Below, piece after piece: positions 31,873-42,371 of a DNA stretch of 62,609 nucleotides. The DNA lies in NCBI GenBank assembly GCA_049589475.1, contig JBAWAV010000538.1, positions 1 to 62,609 on the forward strand, in the 5' to 3' direction. The notes beneath the pieces are model-generated. The model was not told the DNA's origin. It worked only from the letters and a program-made list of their open reading frames with translations, and made no database searches. Each line of letters opens with the position of its first letter. The first letter of the stretch is position 1. The translations under genes and the position numbers were made by a program. Origin of the DNA: Mycobacterium sp. (lineage in GTDB: Bacteria > Actinomycetota > Actinomycetes > Mycobacteriales > Mycobacteriaceae).

Positions 31873-32229
31873 TCAATGCGGCGCGGTGAACCTACGAGCT
31901 GTCGTCGCCACAGCCAAGACGCGGTACACAGTGGCACGGCTAACCCCGAGCGCCTGGGCAATCGTTGTCGCTGGTTCGCCGCTGGCATGCATCCGCTGAG
32001 CCAGCGCGGCTTTCGCCTCATCCAATACCTTCGGACGACCAATCGACTGACCCCGTGCCCGCCGCGCCTCACGCGCCGCCGACCGGCGCTCGCGCCCCAG
32101 TTCCAGTTCCAGTTCGGCGAGGCTGGCCAGCACGCCGGCCACCATACGACCTGTCGCGTTCGAGGTGTCGATGCCCTCGCGAAGGGAACGCAGCACAATG
32201 CCGCGCTCGCCCAATTCGCGGATGGCTGA
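31873..32229 (-). pseudogene. serine resolvase/invertase, 5'-truncated
   Basis: LRSLREGIDTSNATGRMV, GRPK and C-terminal HTH (IAQALGVSRATVYR); catalytic N-terminal YxRxS absent. Confidence 0.85.
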
Positions 32230-33085
32230 ACCACGGTCGTCACGCGGGCGTATACGTGGACGTGTCACGTCGAACCCCGTTGGGCGCATGTCGCTGTCGC
32301 TGACGTGCAGACTTCGGCGGTGCGATCTTGGGTGCAAGACATGGTGACTGCGGGTGCTGGACCTGCAACCGTCGAGAATGCCCTAAGCGTTCTCCGTCAA
32401 ATCCTGGCGTTGGCCGTCGAGGACAGGCGCTTGTCGCGCAATCCGTGCAATGGGGTTAAGGCACCTCGCCGCCAACACCGCCAACGTGGCTATCTCTCCC
32501 ATGAGCAGGTGGAGCTACTCGCTTGCGAGATCAGCCCTTACGGCTCGGTGGTCAGGTTCCTTGCTTATACGGGTCTGCGATGGGGCGAGATGGCCGCTCG
32601 TCGCGTCGACTCCTTCGAGATGCTCCGCCGCAGGGTAAACGTTCGCGATGCGGTCGCCGAAGTAAAGGGCCGGATTGTCTGGTCAACACCCAAATCGCAT
32701 GAGCGTAGATCGGTGCCGTTCCCTCAGTTCGTTAGCGAGGAATTAGCTGCGTTGATGGTCGGGAAGTCCCCCGAAGACTTGGTGTTCACCGCGCCTGATG
32801 GCGGCATCCTCCGTGTTTCGACTTTTCGTCCGCGAACCTTCGCGCCTGCGGTGCGTCGCCTAGCGGCGGCTGATCCCGACTTCCCGAGGGTGACCCCGCA
32901 CGATCTGCGGCACACCGCCGCGTCGCTGGCGATCAGTGGCGGAGCAAATCCGAAGGCTGTTCAGACGATGCTGGGGCATCAATCGGCGGTGCTCACGCTG
33001 GACACCTACGCGGACCTCTTCCCAGACGACCTAGAACTAGTTTCAACCGCGCTCGACAAAGCTCGACAGGCCGCGCTGAACAGTA

Positions 33086-33104
33086 CTGCGGACCAGCTGC
33101 GGAC
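33086..33104. repeat. paired CTGCGGAC repeat, putative integrase arm-type sites (right)
   Basis: ctgcggac-cag-ctgcggac, 60 bp from the att core. Confidence 0.65.
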
Positions 33105-33112
33105 TGACACAG

Positions 33113-33145
33113 AAAAAAGCCCCGACCAGAACTACTGGTCAGGGC
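33113..33145 (-). terminator. intrinsic terminator for tRNA-Pro, supplied by the element
   Basis: Minus strand GCCCTGACCAG-TAGTT-CTGGTCGGGGC followed by TTTTTT. Confidence 0.75.
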
Positions 33146-33167
33146 CTGTGATCTGCGACGACACGAG

Positions 33168-33241
<74 letters not shown>

Positions 33242-33454
33242 CGTGAAGCCACGACAGCGTATCGCACCGACCCGGCTAGCGGCGAAACGGGATTGCGGGG
33301 CCGGCCCGCCACGCCACCCGAGGACCTGCTGGTGCCACGCAGATCACACCTGCACTGAGCTTTGCGCTGCAACCCGGCGTGGAATAACGGGGATCTTCGC
33401 GCCATTAAATAAACTAATTACCGCGCAAGTGGTGCAAATGGAAGCGAGCAAATC

Positions 33455-33634
33455 ATGACGATGTTAGGCGCCATGGTGTTCGGCGGATTCCTGGCCCTCG
33501 GGGTGCTGTGGCTGCTGGTGACGGCTCCTCCGGGCAGCGATGTCGATCAGGCGTGGGATCAAACCCCGACTTCAAGCGGTACGCCCGAGGGCGTGCCCGG
33601 TCCCCGGGTTTTGACCCACTCGTCGTACAACTAG
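33455..33634 (+). CDS. putative 59-aa single-pass membrane protein (below ORF-track cutoff)
   Basis: MTMLGAMVFGGFLALGVLWLLVTAPPGSDVDQAWDQ...; fills the gap after an AT-rich stretch. Confidence 0.5.
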   Translation: MTMLGAMVFGGFLALGVLWLLVTAPPGSDVDQAWDQTPTSSGTPEGVPGPRVLTHSSYN

Positions 33635-33649
33635 CCCGCGCGAAAGCGC

Positions 33650-34666
33650 TCAGCGAGCCGAATATGTGGGCTGCGACCGTCCCTGGAGGCGTTGCGGATC
33701 GCGACCGCCGGTCGGTGCCGCGATCAACGTCAGCAACGTAGCTTCGGGCCTGCAGCAGAAGCGCACCGGCGCGAACGGCGACGTGCCGATCCCGGCGGAG
33801 ACGTGCAATTGCATGTTCGCACCCCAGCGTGACGGGCCTTTGGCCCGTGAGCGGTCCAGACCCGAGTTGGTCACCAGGGCGCCGTAGAACGGCAGGCACA
33901 GCTGCCCGCCGTGGGTGTGGCCGGCCATCACCAGCTGGTATCCGTCGGCGGCGAAGCGGTCCAACACCCTCGGCTCCGGCGAATGGGTCAGACCTAACCG
34001 CAGGTTGGCGGCCGGGCTGGCCGGCCCCGCGATCGCGTCGTAACGATCCCGGGCGATGTGTGGGTCGTCCACTCCGGCGGCGGCGATGTGCAGCCCCGCC
34101 ACCTCGAACTCGCGCCGGTTGTGGGTCAGGTCCTGCCACCCGCGCTCGGTGAACGCTGCCCGCAGGTCCTGCCAAGGCAGTGGCTGACCGTGCACCCGGC
34201 GACTCGGGTCGGTCAGGTAGTTCAGCGGGTTCTTCGGTCGCGGCCCGAAGTAGTCGTTGCTGCCGAACACGAAAATGCCCGGCACCGAGAGCAGATCACC
34301 GAGGCTTTGCACGACTGACGGGACGGCCCTGGGGTGTGCGAGGTTGTCGCCGGTGTTGACCACCAGGTCCGGCTTCAGGCCTGCGAGTTCACGCAGCCAC
34401 GCTTGCTTGCGGCGCTGCCCGGGGCGCATGTGCAGGTCACTGATGTGCAGCACCCGCAGCGGCGACGAGCCGGGCGTCAGCACCGGCATAGTCAGCTCGC
34501 GTAACGCGAAGGCATTGCGCTCGATGATCGAGGCGTAGCCGATCCCGGCGACAGCCGATCCGAGTGCGACGGCGCCGGTACTTTTCAGAGCGGTGATGGT
34601 CCGACGACGATGCAGGCCGGAACGGCCTGAGGAGGAGTCGGACAATCCGGCAACGACGGAAGGCAT
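33650..34666 (-). CDS. metallophosphoesterase (Rv3683-like)
   Basis: HISDLH, NTGDN, GSND, HSPE, AGHTHGGQ. Confidence 0.93.
   Translation of the reverse strand: MPSVVAGLSDSSSGRSGLHRRRTITALKSTGAVALGSAVAGIGYASIIERNAFALRELTMPVLTPGSSPLRVLHISDLHMRPGQRRKQAWLRELAGLKPDLVVNTGDNLAHPRAVPSVVQSLGDLLSVPGIFVFGSNDYFGPRPKNPLNYLTDPSRRVHGQPLPWQDLRAAFTERGWQDLTHNRREFEVAGLHIAAAGVDDPHIARDRYDAIAGPASPAANLRLGLTHSPEPRVLDRFAADGYQLVMAGHTHGGQLCLPFYGALVTNSGLDRSRAKGPSRWGANMQLHVSAGIGTSPFAPVRFCCRPEATLLTLIAAPTGGRDPQRLQGRSQPTYSAR
34593..34646 (+). repeat. MIRU-like element inside 5' end of the metallophosphoesterase ORF
   Basis: ccgacgacgatgcaggcc...ggcctgaggaggagtcgg resembles the MIRU-type units at 44249 and 61324. Confidence 0.6.
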
Positions 34667-34723
34667 GCAGGCCAGCCTACTGCCGCTTGCCGAGTGGGTA
34701 CGCGACTGACACCGGCCGAATCG

Positions 34724-37138
34724 TTACGGAGGCGGCGGAGCCAGGATCGGAATAGTGATCGGCGGAAGACCCGGGATCTCGATCACCTGCGAACCCACCG
34801 GCGGCGGTGCCCCGAACCCTTCGGGCGGTGGCGGCGGAGCAGGCGGGATGCCGTTACTGGTCTGGATTGTGATGACCGCGCCAGGGATGGTCTGGCCGTT
34901 GGGAGTTGTGCCGACCACCTCGCCGTACTTCGCACTGCTGTTTATCGACTGTGGCTGGTCGGCGACCTGGAAGCCGACATCCTTCAAGCGTTGCCGCGCG
35001 GCGTCGACGTCGAGACCCGCGACGCTGGGCACCCTGGATCCCGGGCCGCCATCGACGTACTGCGGGTCGGTCGGCGGCAGCTTGATGTCGCCGAAGAGGG
35101 TGGCGATCGGCTTCATCGCGGTGAACCAGGTGCGGGCCGGTTCATTACCGCCGTAGAGGTTGCCGTCGCCGCAGCGGCGAAGCGGCGACGAGCACAGGTC
35201 CGACGGCGAGGTGGAGTCGTCGTAGATGTAGTTGGCCGCCGCGTACTGGCTGGTAAAGCCGACGAAGCCCGACGACCGGTGCGCCTCCGTGGTGCCGGTC
35301 TTTCCGGACACCGGCAGATTCCATCCGGCCGCACCGGCGGAGCCGGCCGCGGTGCCGCCGCCCAGCGCGTCCTTGCTCATCGCGTTAGCCAAGGTGTTGG
35401 CCAGTCCTTCGGGCACCACCTGGTCGCAGGTCTCGGTGGTGACGGACACCTGGTTGCCGTTGCGGTCGATCAACTTGTCGACGGGGTTCGGTGGGCACCA
35501 GGTGCCGCCGGAGGCCAACGTCGCTGCGACGTTCGACAGCTCCAGCGCGTTCAATGCGAACGGGCCCAGCGTGAACGACCCGAGGTTCTGCCGCTTGATG
35601 AAATCAGCCAGGCTCTCGTTGCTCTCCGGGTCGTAGTCGCGGGCGCTGCCAGGTTCGGCATACGACCGCAAGCCGAGCTTGATCGCCATGTCCACCGCCC
35701 GGGGAACCCCGATCAGTTGGATCAGCCTCGCGAACGCGGTGTTGGGAGAGGTGGCCAGCGCGTCGGTCACATTCATCGACCCGCGATAGTTGCCGGCGTT
35801 GATCACGCACCACTGTTCCTTGGGGCAGCCCTTGGCCCCGCCGCTGCCCATGCCCTTGGCTTGAAACCTGCCCGGCACCTCGAGATTGGTGTTGATACCC
35901 ATGCCCATTTGCATCGCGGCGGCGGTGGTGAAGATCTTGAAGATAGACCCGGCGCCATCGCCGACCAGAGAGAACGGCTGCGCCCGCATGGTCTCGCCGG
36001 CCTCGCTGTTCAACCCGTAGGTGCGATTGCTGGCCATCGCGACGACCTTGTGCGCGTTCTTGCCCGGCCGGATCACGCTCATCACGCTGGCGATGCCCTC
36101 GAGGGTGGGGCTGGCGAACGTGTCGACGGCGTGCTTGACGGGCTCCTGCACCTCGGGGTCGAGATTGGTGCGGATCAGGTAGCCACCGCGGGCGAGCTGC
36201 TCCTTGCTGATGCCGGCCCGTGACAAGTAGGCCTGCACGTAGTCGCAGAAGAAGGCCCGGTCGCCCGCCGCGATACAGCCGCGCGGGAGTTCTTTGGGCT
36301 GCGGCAGAATCCCCAGCGGCTCGGCCTTCGCGGCGCGTAGCGCGTCGGCCTCGCTGGGCAGGTTCTCGATCATGGTGTCCAGCACCAGGTTTCGGCGGGC
36401 CAGCGCGCCGTCGGGGTTGACGTAAGGGTTCAGCGCACTGGTCGATTGGACCAACCCCGCGAGCAGCGCCGCCTGCTGCCAGTTCAAGTCGGACGCGTCG
36501 ACGCCGAAGTAGGTCTGCGCGGCGTCCTGAACACCGAATGCGTTGTTGCCGAAGGACACCAGGTTCAGATAGCGAGTCAAGATCTCTGGCTTGCTGAAGG
36601 TCTTGTCCAGGGTGAGCGCCATCCGGATCTCGCGCAGCTTGCGGGCCGGGGTGGTCTCGATGGCCGCGCGCTTCTCGGCGTCGCTCTGCGCGATCACCAG
36701 CAGCTGGTAGGTCTTCACGTACTGCTGCTCGATCGTCGAACCGCCGCGGGTGTCGACGTCGCCGGACGCATATCCGGCGAGCCCGGTCAATGTGCCCTTC
36801 CAGTCAACGCCGTTGTGCTCGGCAAACCGCTTGTCTTCGATCGAGACGATGGCCAGCTTCATCGTGTTCGAGATCTTGTCGGTGGGCACCTCGAAGCGGC
36901 GCTGATCGTAGAGCCACGCGATCGTGTTGCCCTTCGCGTCGACCATCGTCGTCACCGCAGGCACCTCGCCCTCGAGGAGCTGAGCCGAAGCGTTCCCGAC
37001 TACCTCTGAGGCGCGGTTGGACATCAATCCGATGCCGCCGGCGACCGGAAACAACAGCGCGGCGACGACAACGCTGGCGAGCAGACAGCACCCGGCGAGC
37101 TTGGCGATAGTGACCGCGGTTGCGGACCGATCTGGCAT
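34724..37138 (-). CDS. ponA2: class A penicillin-binding protein with PASTA domain
   Basis: EDKRF, GGSTIEQQ, GSIFK, SPN, KTGT, Pro-rich C-terminus; divergent from whiB4. Confidence 0.95.
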   Translation of the reverse strand: MPDRSATAVTIAKLAGCCLLASVVVAALLFPVAGGIGLMSNRASEVVGNASAQLLEGEVPAVTTMVDAKGNTIAWLYDQRRFEVPTDKISNTMKLAIVSIEDKRFAEHNGVDWKGTLTGLAGYASGDVDTRGGSTIEQQYVKTYQLLVIAQSDAEKRAAIETTPARKLREIRMALTLDKTFSKPEILTRYLNLVSFGNNAFGVQDAAQTYFGVDASDLNWQQAALLAGLVQSTSALNPYVNPDGALARRNLVLDTMIENLPSEADALRAAKAEPLGILPQPKELPRGCIAAGDRAFFCDYVQAYLSRAGISKEQLARGGYLIRTNLDPEVQEPVKHAVDTFASPTLEGIASVMSVIRPGKNAHKVVAMASNRTYGLNSEAGETMRAQPFSLVGDGAGSIFKIFTTAAAMQMGMGINTNLEVPGRFQAKGMGSGGAKGCPKEQWCVINAGNYRGSMNVTDALATSPNTAFARLIQLIGVPRAVDMAIKLGLRSYAEPGSARDYDPESNESLADFIKRQNLGSFTLGPFALNALELSNVAATLASGGTWCPPNPVDKLIDRNGNQVSVTTETCDQVVPEGLANTLANAMSKDALGGGTAAGSAGAAGWNLPVSGKTGTTEAHRSSGFVGFTSQYAAANYIYDDSTSPSDLCSSPLRRCGDGNLYGGNEPARTWFTAMKPIATLFGDIKLPPTDPQYVDGGPGSRVPSVAGLDVDAARQRLKDVGFQVADQPQSINSSAKYGEVVGTTPNGQTIPGAVITIQTSNGIPPAPPPPPEGFGAPPPVGSQVIEIPGLPPITIPILAPPPP

Positions 37139-37397
37139 GGCTACTACACTAGCGGCGCTATACCTGGAGTCTTCGCGAGTGGCGTGTGAAAACAGTTTCC
37201 GCCACGGACTCAGCTCAGGTTTCTCTCAGCCGCAGCTCAGGCCGCTATTAGCCGCCTCGAACGCCGGGTTCCGGCGCCCTTTCATGATCGGACTGCACGG
37301 TCGTCCCAAAAAAGACGTTGTCGGACTGTTGCGTAATTGGTATCTGACCACGTAGCTTATCCACACAATGAGATGCAGGTAACACCGAGCGGCATAG

Positions 37398-37413
37398 TGT
37401 GGCATAGATCGCA
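37398..37413. promoter_or_regulatory. CRP-like site upstream of whiB4
   Basis: TGTGG-N6-TCGCA vs consensus TGTGA-N6-TCACA. Confidence 0.45.
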
Positions 37414-37451
37414 AAGGTGGGACCGGTGGCAAGAGCGAAGGGGAATCGCTG

Positions 37452-37805
37452 GTGTCAGGATTAGGAATCGTGGTACAGGACACGACCGCAGCACCGACAA
37501 ATGCCGTCCTTAGCGGGGCGGACGCAGAGTCGAGAATCGCTTGGGTTTCCAAGGCGCTGTGCCGTGCCGCTGACCCCGACGAGCTGTTTGTCCGGGGGGC
37601 CGCACAACGTAAGGCCGCGGTGATCTGCCGGCACTGTCCAGTGATGCTGGAGTGCGGCGCCGATGCATTGGACAACCGCGTCGAATTCGGTGTCTGGGGT
37701 GGGATGACCGAACGTCAGCGCCGGGCGCTGCTCAAGCAGCATCCCGAGGTGGTGTCCTGGGCCGAGTTCTTCAGCGCGCAGCGCAAGCATCGCAGCGTCG
37801 GCTGA
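37452..37805 (+). CDS. whiB4: WhiB-family Fe-S transcriptional regulator
   Basis: Four Cys, CRHCPV, EFGVWGGMTERQRR; synteny. Confidence 0.95.
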   Translation: MSGLGIVVQDTTAAPTNAVLSGADAESRIAWVSKALCRAADPDELFVRGAAQRKAAVICRHCPVMLECGADALDNRVEFGVWGGMTERQRRALLKQHPEVVSWAEFFSAQRKHRSVG

Positions 37806-37822
37806 AGAAGTAGAGGCAAGTC

Positions 37823-37847
37823 AGCGGCCGGCGTTAAGCCGGCCGCT
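37823..37847. terminator. hairpin between convergent whiB4 and ArsA genes
   Basis: agcggccggc-gttaa-gccggccgct. Confidence 0.75.
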
Positions 37848-37849
37848 CT

Positions 37850-38986
37850 TCATTGGCCAGAGGCCGTCATCTGGTCAGCGATCGCCCGCAGCGCCTCGAG
37901 GTCGGAGACGTCGAACGGTAGCGACGGCACCCCGACGATGGCGACGTGCGGATTGGCCCCGGTGAAGCGGGACAGCAGCCGAATCTCGCGCTTGGACGTC
38001 GCAGCGCGGTCGGCGTGGATCTCCAAGATGGACCTGGTCAAGTCGCTGCCGTGGGTGGCCTGCACCCCGTTCTCCAGGCTCGTGGCGCCGTCGATGGCAC
38101 GCTCGACCGGCAACGAGCACAGCATCGGATGTGTGCGGTTCAGGATCAGCCCGGCCAGCGGCATGCTTTCCTCCGACAACCGGTCGACGAAGAACGACGC
38201 CTCCCGAAGCGCATCCGGCTCGGCCGCCGACACGACGACGAACTGCGTGCCGCGTCGCTTGAGCAACGCATAGGTACGGTCGGCCTTCTCCCGGAAGCCG
38301 CCGAAGGTGGCATCCAACGACTGCACGAAACTTGCCGCGTCGGAAAGCATCTGCGAACCCAGCACGGTCGACAGCGCCTTCATCGCCAAGCCGACCGCAC
38401 CGGTGACCAATCGCCCGATGCCGCGGCCGGGCCCCAGCAGCAGTTTCCATAACCGGCTGTCCATGAAGCTGCCCAGCCGTTTCGGCGCGTCGAGGAAGTC
38501 CAGCGCGTTGCGCGACGGAGGGGTGTCGACCACCACCAGATCCCAGCGATCCTCGGCCAGCAACTGGCCGAGCTTCTCCATCGCCATGTATTCCTGCGTG
38601 CCGGCCAGCGAGGTGGCAACCGTTTGATAGAACTGGTTGTCCAAAATCGCTTGTGCGCGATCGCCTCCCGAGTACTGGATCACCATCTCGTCGAAGGTCC
38701 GACGCATGTCGAGCATCATCGCGTAGAGCTCGCCGGGGACCTCAGGGGCGAGCGGCACGCGCTGCGGCGAGTTGCCCAGGTCGTCGATGCCCAATGCCTG
38801 CGCAAGCCGCTTGGCAGGATCGATGGTCAGCACGACGACGGTCCGGCCGTATTCCGCCGCGCGCAGCGCCATGGCCGCGGCGGTGGTGGTTTTACCGACT
38901 CCGCCGGCGCCGCAGCACACCACCACCCGGTTGGAGGTGTCGCCGAGGATCCCCGCGATATCCAGCGTTTGCGGCGTGGTACTCAT
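37850..38986 (-). CDS. ArsA/Get3-family ATPase (Rv3680-like)
   Basis: [21 protein letters not shown]. Confidence 0.93.
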   Translation of the reverse strand: MSTTPQTLDIAGILGDTSNRVVVCCGAGGVGKTTTAAAMALRAAEYGRTVVVLTIDPAKRLAQALGIDDLGNSPQRVPLAPEVPGELYAMMLDMRRTFDEMVIQYSGGDRAQAILDNQFYQTVATSLAGTQEYMAMEKLGQLLAEDRWDLVVVDTPPSRNALDFLDAPKRLGSFMDSRLWKLLLGPGRGIGRLVTGAVGLAMKALSTVLGSQMLSDAASFVQSLDATFGGFREKADRTYALLKRRGTQFVVVSAAEPDALREASFFVDRLSEESMPLAGLILNRTHPMLCSLPVERAIDGATSLENGVQATHGSDLTRSILEIHADRAATSKREIRLLSRFTGANPHVAIVGVPSLPFDVSDLEALRAIADQMTASGQ

Positions 38987-40008
38987 CGAACCCCCTGCTG
39001 GGCAAGTGATTCCGACAACTCGTAGAGGCTGCCGAGATCCACACCGTCGGAAATGGTCGGTAGCTGCAGCCGCGGCACTTTGAGCTCGTCGAGCTGCTCC
39101 GCGGTCACCGCCCGGGCATTGATCCGGGTGGCGTGCTGGATGGTCTCGGTCAGCAAGCCCGCGAAGTCCTCGTCGCTCAACGTGATTCCGGCTGCGGTCA
39201 ATCCCGCTCGCACCGCGTCGGCGTCGACATCGCCCTCGGCGGCTTTCGCGAGATCATCGGGCTGCAGGTATGCCTCGATGTTACGGTTGACAATCACGCT
39301 GCCGATCGGCAAGCCGATCTCCTGCAACTCGTCGATCGCTTCGATCGTCTCCTGCATGGGCAGCGCCTCCAGCAGGGTGACCAGATGGATGGCCGTCTGG
39401 TCGGAGTGCAGGATCTTCACCACTCCTTCGGCCTGCGAGTACACCGGGCCGCCCTTGGCCAGGTCGGACACCGCGCGGGTGACGTCCAGGAAGCGGGCGA
39501 TCCGACCGGTCGGCGGCGCGTCGACGACGATCGCGTCGTACACGGGGCTCTTCGCGCCCTTGTCGACGCGGATCACGGATTCCTTGATCTTGCCGGTGAG
39601 CAGAACGTCACGCAGGCCCGGCGCGATCGTCGTCGCGAACTCGATCGCCCCGATGCGGCGCATCGCCCGGCCGGCGATGCCGAGGTTGTAGAACATGTCG
39701 AGGTATTCCAGGAACGCCGCCTCGATGTCGATGGCCAGCGCGTTGACTTGGCCGCCACGCTCGGCGCTGGCGATCTTGAGCTCCTTGTAGGGCAGCGGCG
39801 GCACGTCGAAGAGTTGCGCAATGCCTTGGCGCCCTTCGACTTCCACAAGCAAGACCTTGCGCCCACCGGACGCCAGCGTCAGCGCCAGTGCCGCAGCAAC
39901 GGTCGACTTGCCGGTACCGCCTTTGCCGGTCACGAAATGCAGGCGGGCCTTCGACAATCGCGATGGCCAGCCGACGGGACTGCCGCCGCTCGGTGAGGTC
40001 GCCACCAC
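38983..40008 (-). CDS. ArsA/Get3-family ATPase (Rv3679-like)
   Basis: [16 protein letters not shown]. Confidence 0.93.
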   Translation of the reverse strand: MVATSPSGGSPVGWPSRLSKARLHFVTGKGGTGKSTVAAALALTLASGGRKVLLVEVEGRQGIAQLFDVPPLPYKELKIASAERGGQVNALAIDIEAAFLEYLDMFYNLGIAGRAMRRIGAIEFATTIAPGLRDVLLTGKIKESVIRVDKGAKSPVYDAIVVDAPPTGRIARFLDVTRAVSDLAKGGPVYSQAEGVVKILHSDQTAIHLVTLLEALPMQETIEAIDELQEIGLPIGSVIVNRNIEAYLQPDDLAKAAEGDVDADAVRAGLTAAGITLSDEDFAGLLTETIQHATRINARAVTAEQLDELKVPRLQLPTISDGVDLGSLYELSESLAQQGVR

Positions 40009-40055
40009 TGCATGCTAACCAGAGGGCCCGGCGGGCCTGTCGATAAGCTCGGGAT

Positions 40056-40217
40056 ATGAGCCAACCCACCACATGGGAGTACGCCACCATCCCGCTGTTG
40101 ACCCACGCCACCAAGCAGATCCTCGACCAGTGGGGCGCCGACGGTTGGGAGCTGGTCGCGGTGCTGCCCGGGCCGACCGGTGAGCAGCACGTCGCGTATC
40201 TGAAGCGACCTAAATGA
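40056..40217 (+). CDS. DUF4177 small protein (Rv3678A-like), not in ORF track
   Basis: MSQPTTWEYATIPLLTHATKQILDQWGADGWELVAVL...YLKRPK, 53 aa, ATGA overlap with next gene. Confidence 0.9.
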   Translation: MSQPTTWEYATIPLLTHATKQILDQWGADGWELVAVLPGPTGEQHVAYLKRPK

Positions 40218-40663
40218 CCGCGTCCGCCCGGCTCGCCGAGCTGGGTATCGAGCTGCCGGCGGTGGCCAAGCCGCTGGCGTCGTATGTGCCGGCGGTGCGA
40301 ACCGGCAACCTGGTCTACACGTCGGGGCAGCTGCCGACGCAAGACGGCAAGCTGGCTCAGGCCGGCAAGGTCGGCGCTGACGTGACACCCGAAGACGGCA
40401 AAGGGCTCGCGCGCGTCTGCACGCTGAACGCTCTGGCCGCGATCGATGCGCTGGTCGGCATCGACTCGGTGGTCCAGGTGGTCAAGGTGGTCGGATTCGT
40501 CGCCTCTGCAGCCGGATTCAACGGTCAGCCGGGCGTCGTCAACGGCGCCTCAGATCTGCTCGCCGAGGTCTTCGGCGGGAGCCATGCCCGCTCGGCCGTC
40601 GGCGTATCCGAGCTGCCGCTGGACTCCCCGGTCGAGGTCGAATTGGTGGTCGAGGTCGGGTAG
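40214..40663 (+). CDS. RidA/YjgF-family protein (Rv3678c-like)
   Basis: YVPAVRTGNLVYTSGQLP, HARSAVG, PVEVE. Confidence 0.93.
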   Translation: MTASARLAELGIELPAVAKPLASYVPAVRTGNLVYTSGQLPTQDGKLAQAGKVGADVTPEDGKGLARVCTLNALAAIDALVGIDSVVQVVKVVGFVASAAGFNGQPGVVNGASDLLAEVFGGSHARSAVGVSELPLDSPVEVELVVEVG

Positions 40664-40667
40664 CGAC

Positions 40668-41453
40668 GTGACGCCCCCCGCAGAGTCGCATCCCGCGTAC
40701 GGCCGGTTGCGCCCGGTCACCGACACCGCGTCGGTGCTGCTGGCCGACAACCCCGGCCGCATGACGCTGGAGGGCACCAACACCTGGGTGCTGCGTGGTC
40801 CACGCAGCGACGAGGTCGTGGTGGTCGATCCCGGTCCCGACGACGACGAGCACATCGCGAAGGTCGCCGCCGTAGGGCGCATCGCCTTGGTGCTGATCAG
40901 CCACCGGCACGGCGATCACACCGATGCCATCGACAAGCTGGTCGACCGGACCGGTGCGCCGGTGCGTTCGGCGGGCAGCGGATTTCTGCGTGGCCTGTCC
41001 GGTGAACTCACCGACGGCGAAGTGATCGACGTGGCGAACCTGCGGATCACGGTGCTGGCGACACCGGGCCACACCGCCGACTCGCTGTCGTTCGTGCTCG
41101 ACGACGCCGTGCTGACCGCGGACACTGTGCTGGGCCGCGGAACCACCGTGATCGACAACGAAGACGGCAGCCTGACCGACTATCTGGAGTCGCTGCAGCG
41201 GCTCCGCGGGCTCGGCCGGCGAACCGTGCTGCCCGGTCACGGACCCGACCTCGCAAACTTGGAGGCGGTGGCGTCGGGATACCTGGCGCATCGTGAGCAG
41301 CGGCTCGAACAGGTCCGCTCAGCACTGCGGGTGCTCGGCGAGGACGCCACGACGCGTCAAGTCGTCGAGCACGTCTATGTCGACGTCGACGAAGAGCTGT
41401 GGGACGTCGCCGAATGGTCGGTTCAGGCCCAGCTGAATTACCTACGCCGCTGA
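40668..41453 (+). CDS. MBL-fold metallo-hydrolase (Rv3677c-like)
   Basis: GTNTW, SHRHGDH, TPGHT, LPGHG. Confidence 0.92.
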   Translation: MTPPAESHPAYGRLRPVTDTASVLLADNPGRMTLEGTNTWVLRGPRSDEVVVVDPGPDDDEHIAKVAAVGRIALVLISHRHGDHTDAIDKLVDRTGAPVRSAGSGFLRGLSGELTDGEVIDVANLRITVLATPGHTADSLSFVLDDAVLTADTVLGRGTTVIDNEDGSLTDYLESLQRLRGLGRRTVLPGHGPDLANLEAVASGYLAHREQRLEQVRSALRVLGEDATTRQVVEHVYVDVDEELWDVAEWSVQAQLNYLRR

Positions 41454-41456
41454 GCC

Positions 41457-41518
41457 CCGCGAGTCAGAAGCTGCGGCTGTAGCACAACGCCAATCGCAGC
41501 CCAGGCTTCTGCTTCGCG
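41457..41518. repeat. imperfect REP-like hairpin between convergent genes
   Basis: cgcga..cagaagc..ggctg / cagcc..gcttctg..tcgcg. Confidence 0.5.
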
Positions 41519-41530
41519 AACGACACGCGC

Positions 41531-42205
41531 TTACCGAGCGCGCCTAGCCAGCCGTTCGGAGTCCGAGATCAGCACGCTCTTGCCCTCCAAGCGAATCCAG
41601 CCGCGGTGGGCGAAGTCGGCGAGCGCCTTGTTCACGGTTTCGCGTGAGGCACCGACGAGTTGGGCGATCTCTTCCTGAGTCAGGTCGTGGGTCACCCGCA
41701 TCGCGCCACCCTCCTGGGTGCCGAACCGCTGAGCGAGCTGGAGCAGCTGCTTGGCGACCCGGCCGGGCACGTCAGTGAAGATGAGGTCGGCGAGGTTGTT
41801 GTTGGTGCGGCGTAGCCGGCGGGCAAGCACCCGCAGCAACTGCTCGGCGATCTCGGGACGATCAGCGATCCAGGCCCGCAGCGCGTCGCGGTCCATCGAG
41901 ACCGCCCGCACCTCGGTGATCGTGGTCGCACTCGATGTCCGCGGCCCCGGGTCGAAGATCGACAACTCACCGAACATGTCGGACGGGCCCATGATGGTCA
42001 ATAGGTTTTCTCGGCCGTCCGGCGAACGGCGACCGATCTTCACCTTGCCGGAGATGATGATGTACAGCCGATCACCCGGCTCGCCCTCCGCGAAAACCGT
42101 ATGCCCGCGCGGGAAGTCGACGGGCTGCAGTTGCTTGGTCAGCGCCGCGACAGCGCTCGGTTCGACCCCCTGGAAGATTCCGGCCCTCGCCAGGATCTCG
42201 TCCAC
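41531..42205 (-). CDS. crp: cAMP receptor protein (Rv3676-like)
   Basis: [33 protein letters not shown]; 224 aa. Confidence 0.97.
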   Translation of the reverse strand: MDEILARAGIFQGVEPSAVAALTKQLQPVDFPRGHTVFAEGEPGDRLYIIISGKVKIGRRSPDGRENLLTIMGPSDMFGELSIFDPGPRTSSATTITEVRAVSMDRDALRAWIADRPEIAEQLLRVLARRLRRTNNNLADLIFTDVPGRVAKQLLQLAQRFGTQEGGAMRVTHDLTQEEIAQLVGASRETVNKALADFAHRGWIRLEGKSVLISDSERLARRAR

Positions 42206-42371
42206 GTTGCCCCTTCAGCTATTCACATGACTCTGGTCGGCGCTGGTCTGTTGCCCGATTCCTCCTCGGGCCGCCAAAGCGGCTCGCATCGTCATCGGGC
42301 GGTTAGCGCCCGGGTGGATTGCCCGGCCGATCCGAAGTCTAAAGGCAGGCTATCGACTCGACGTGCCAACG

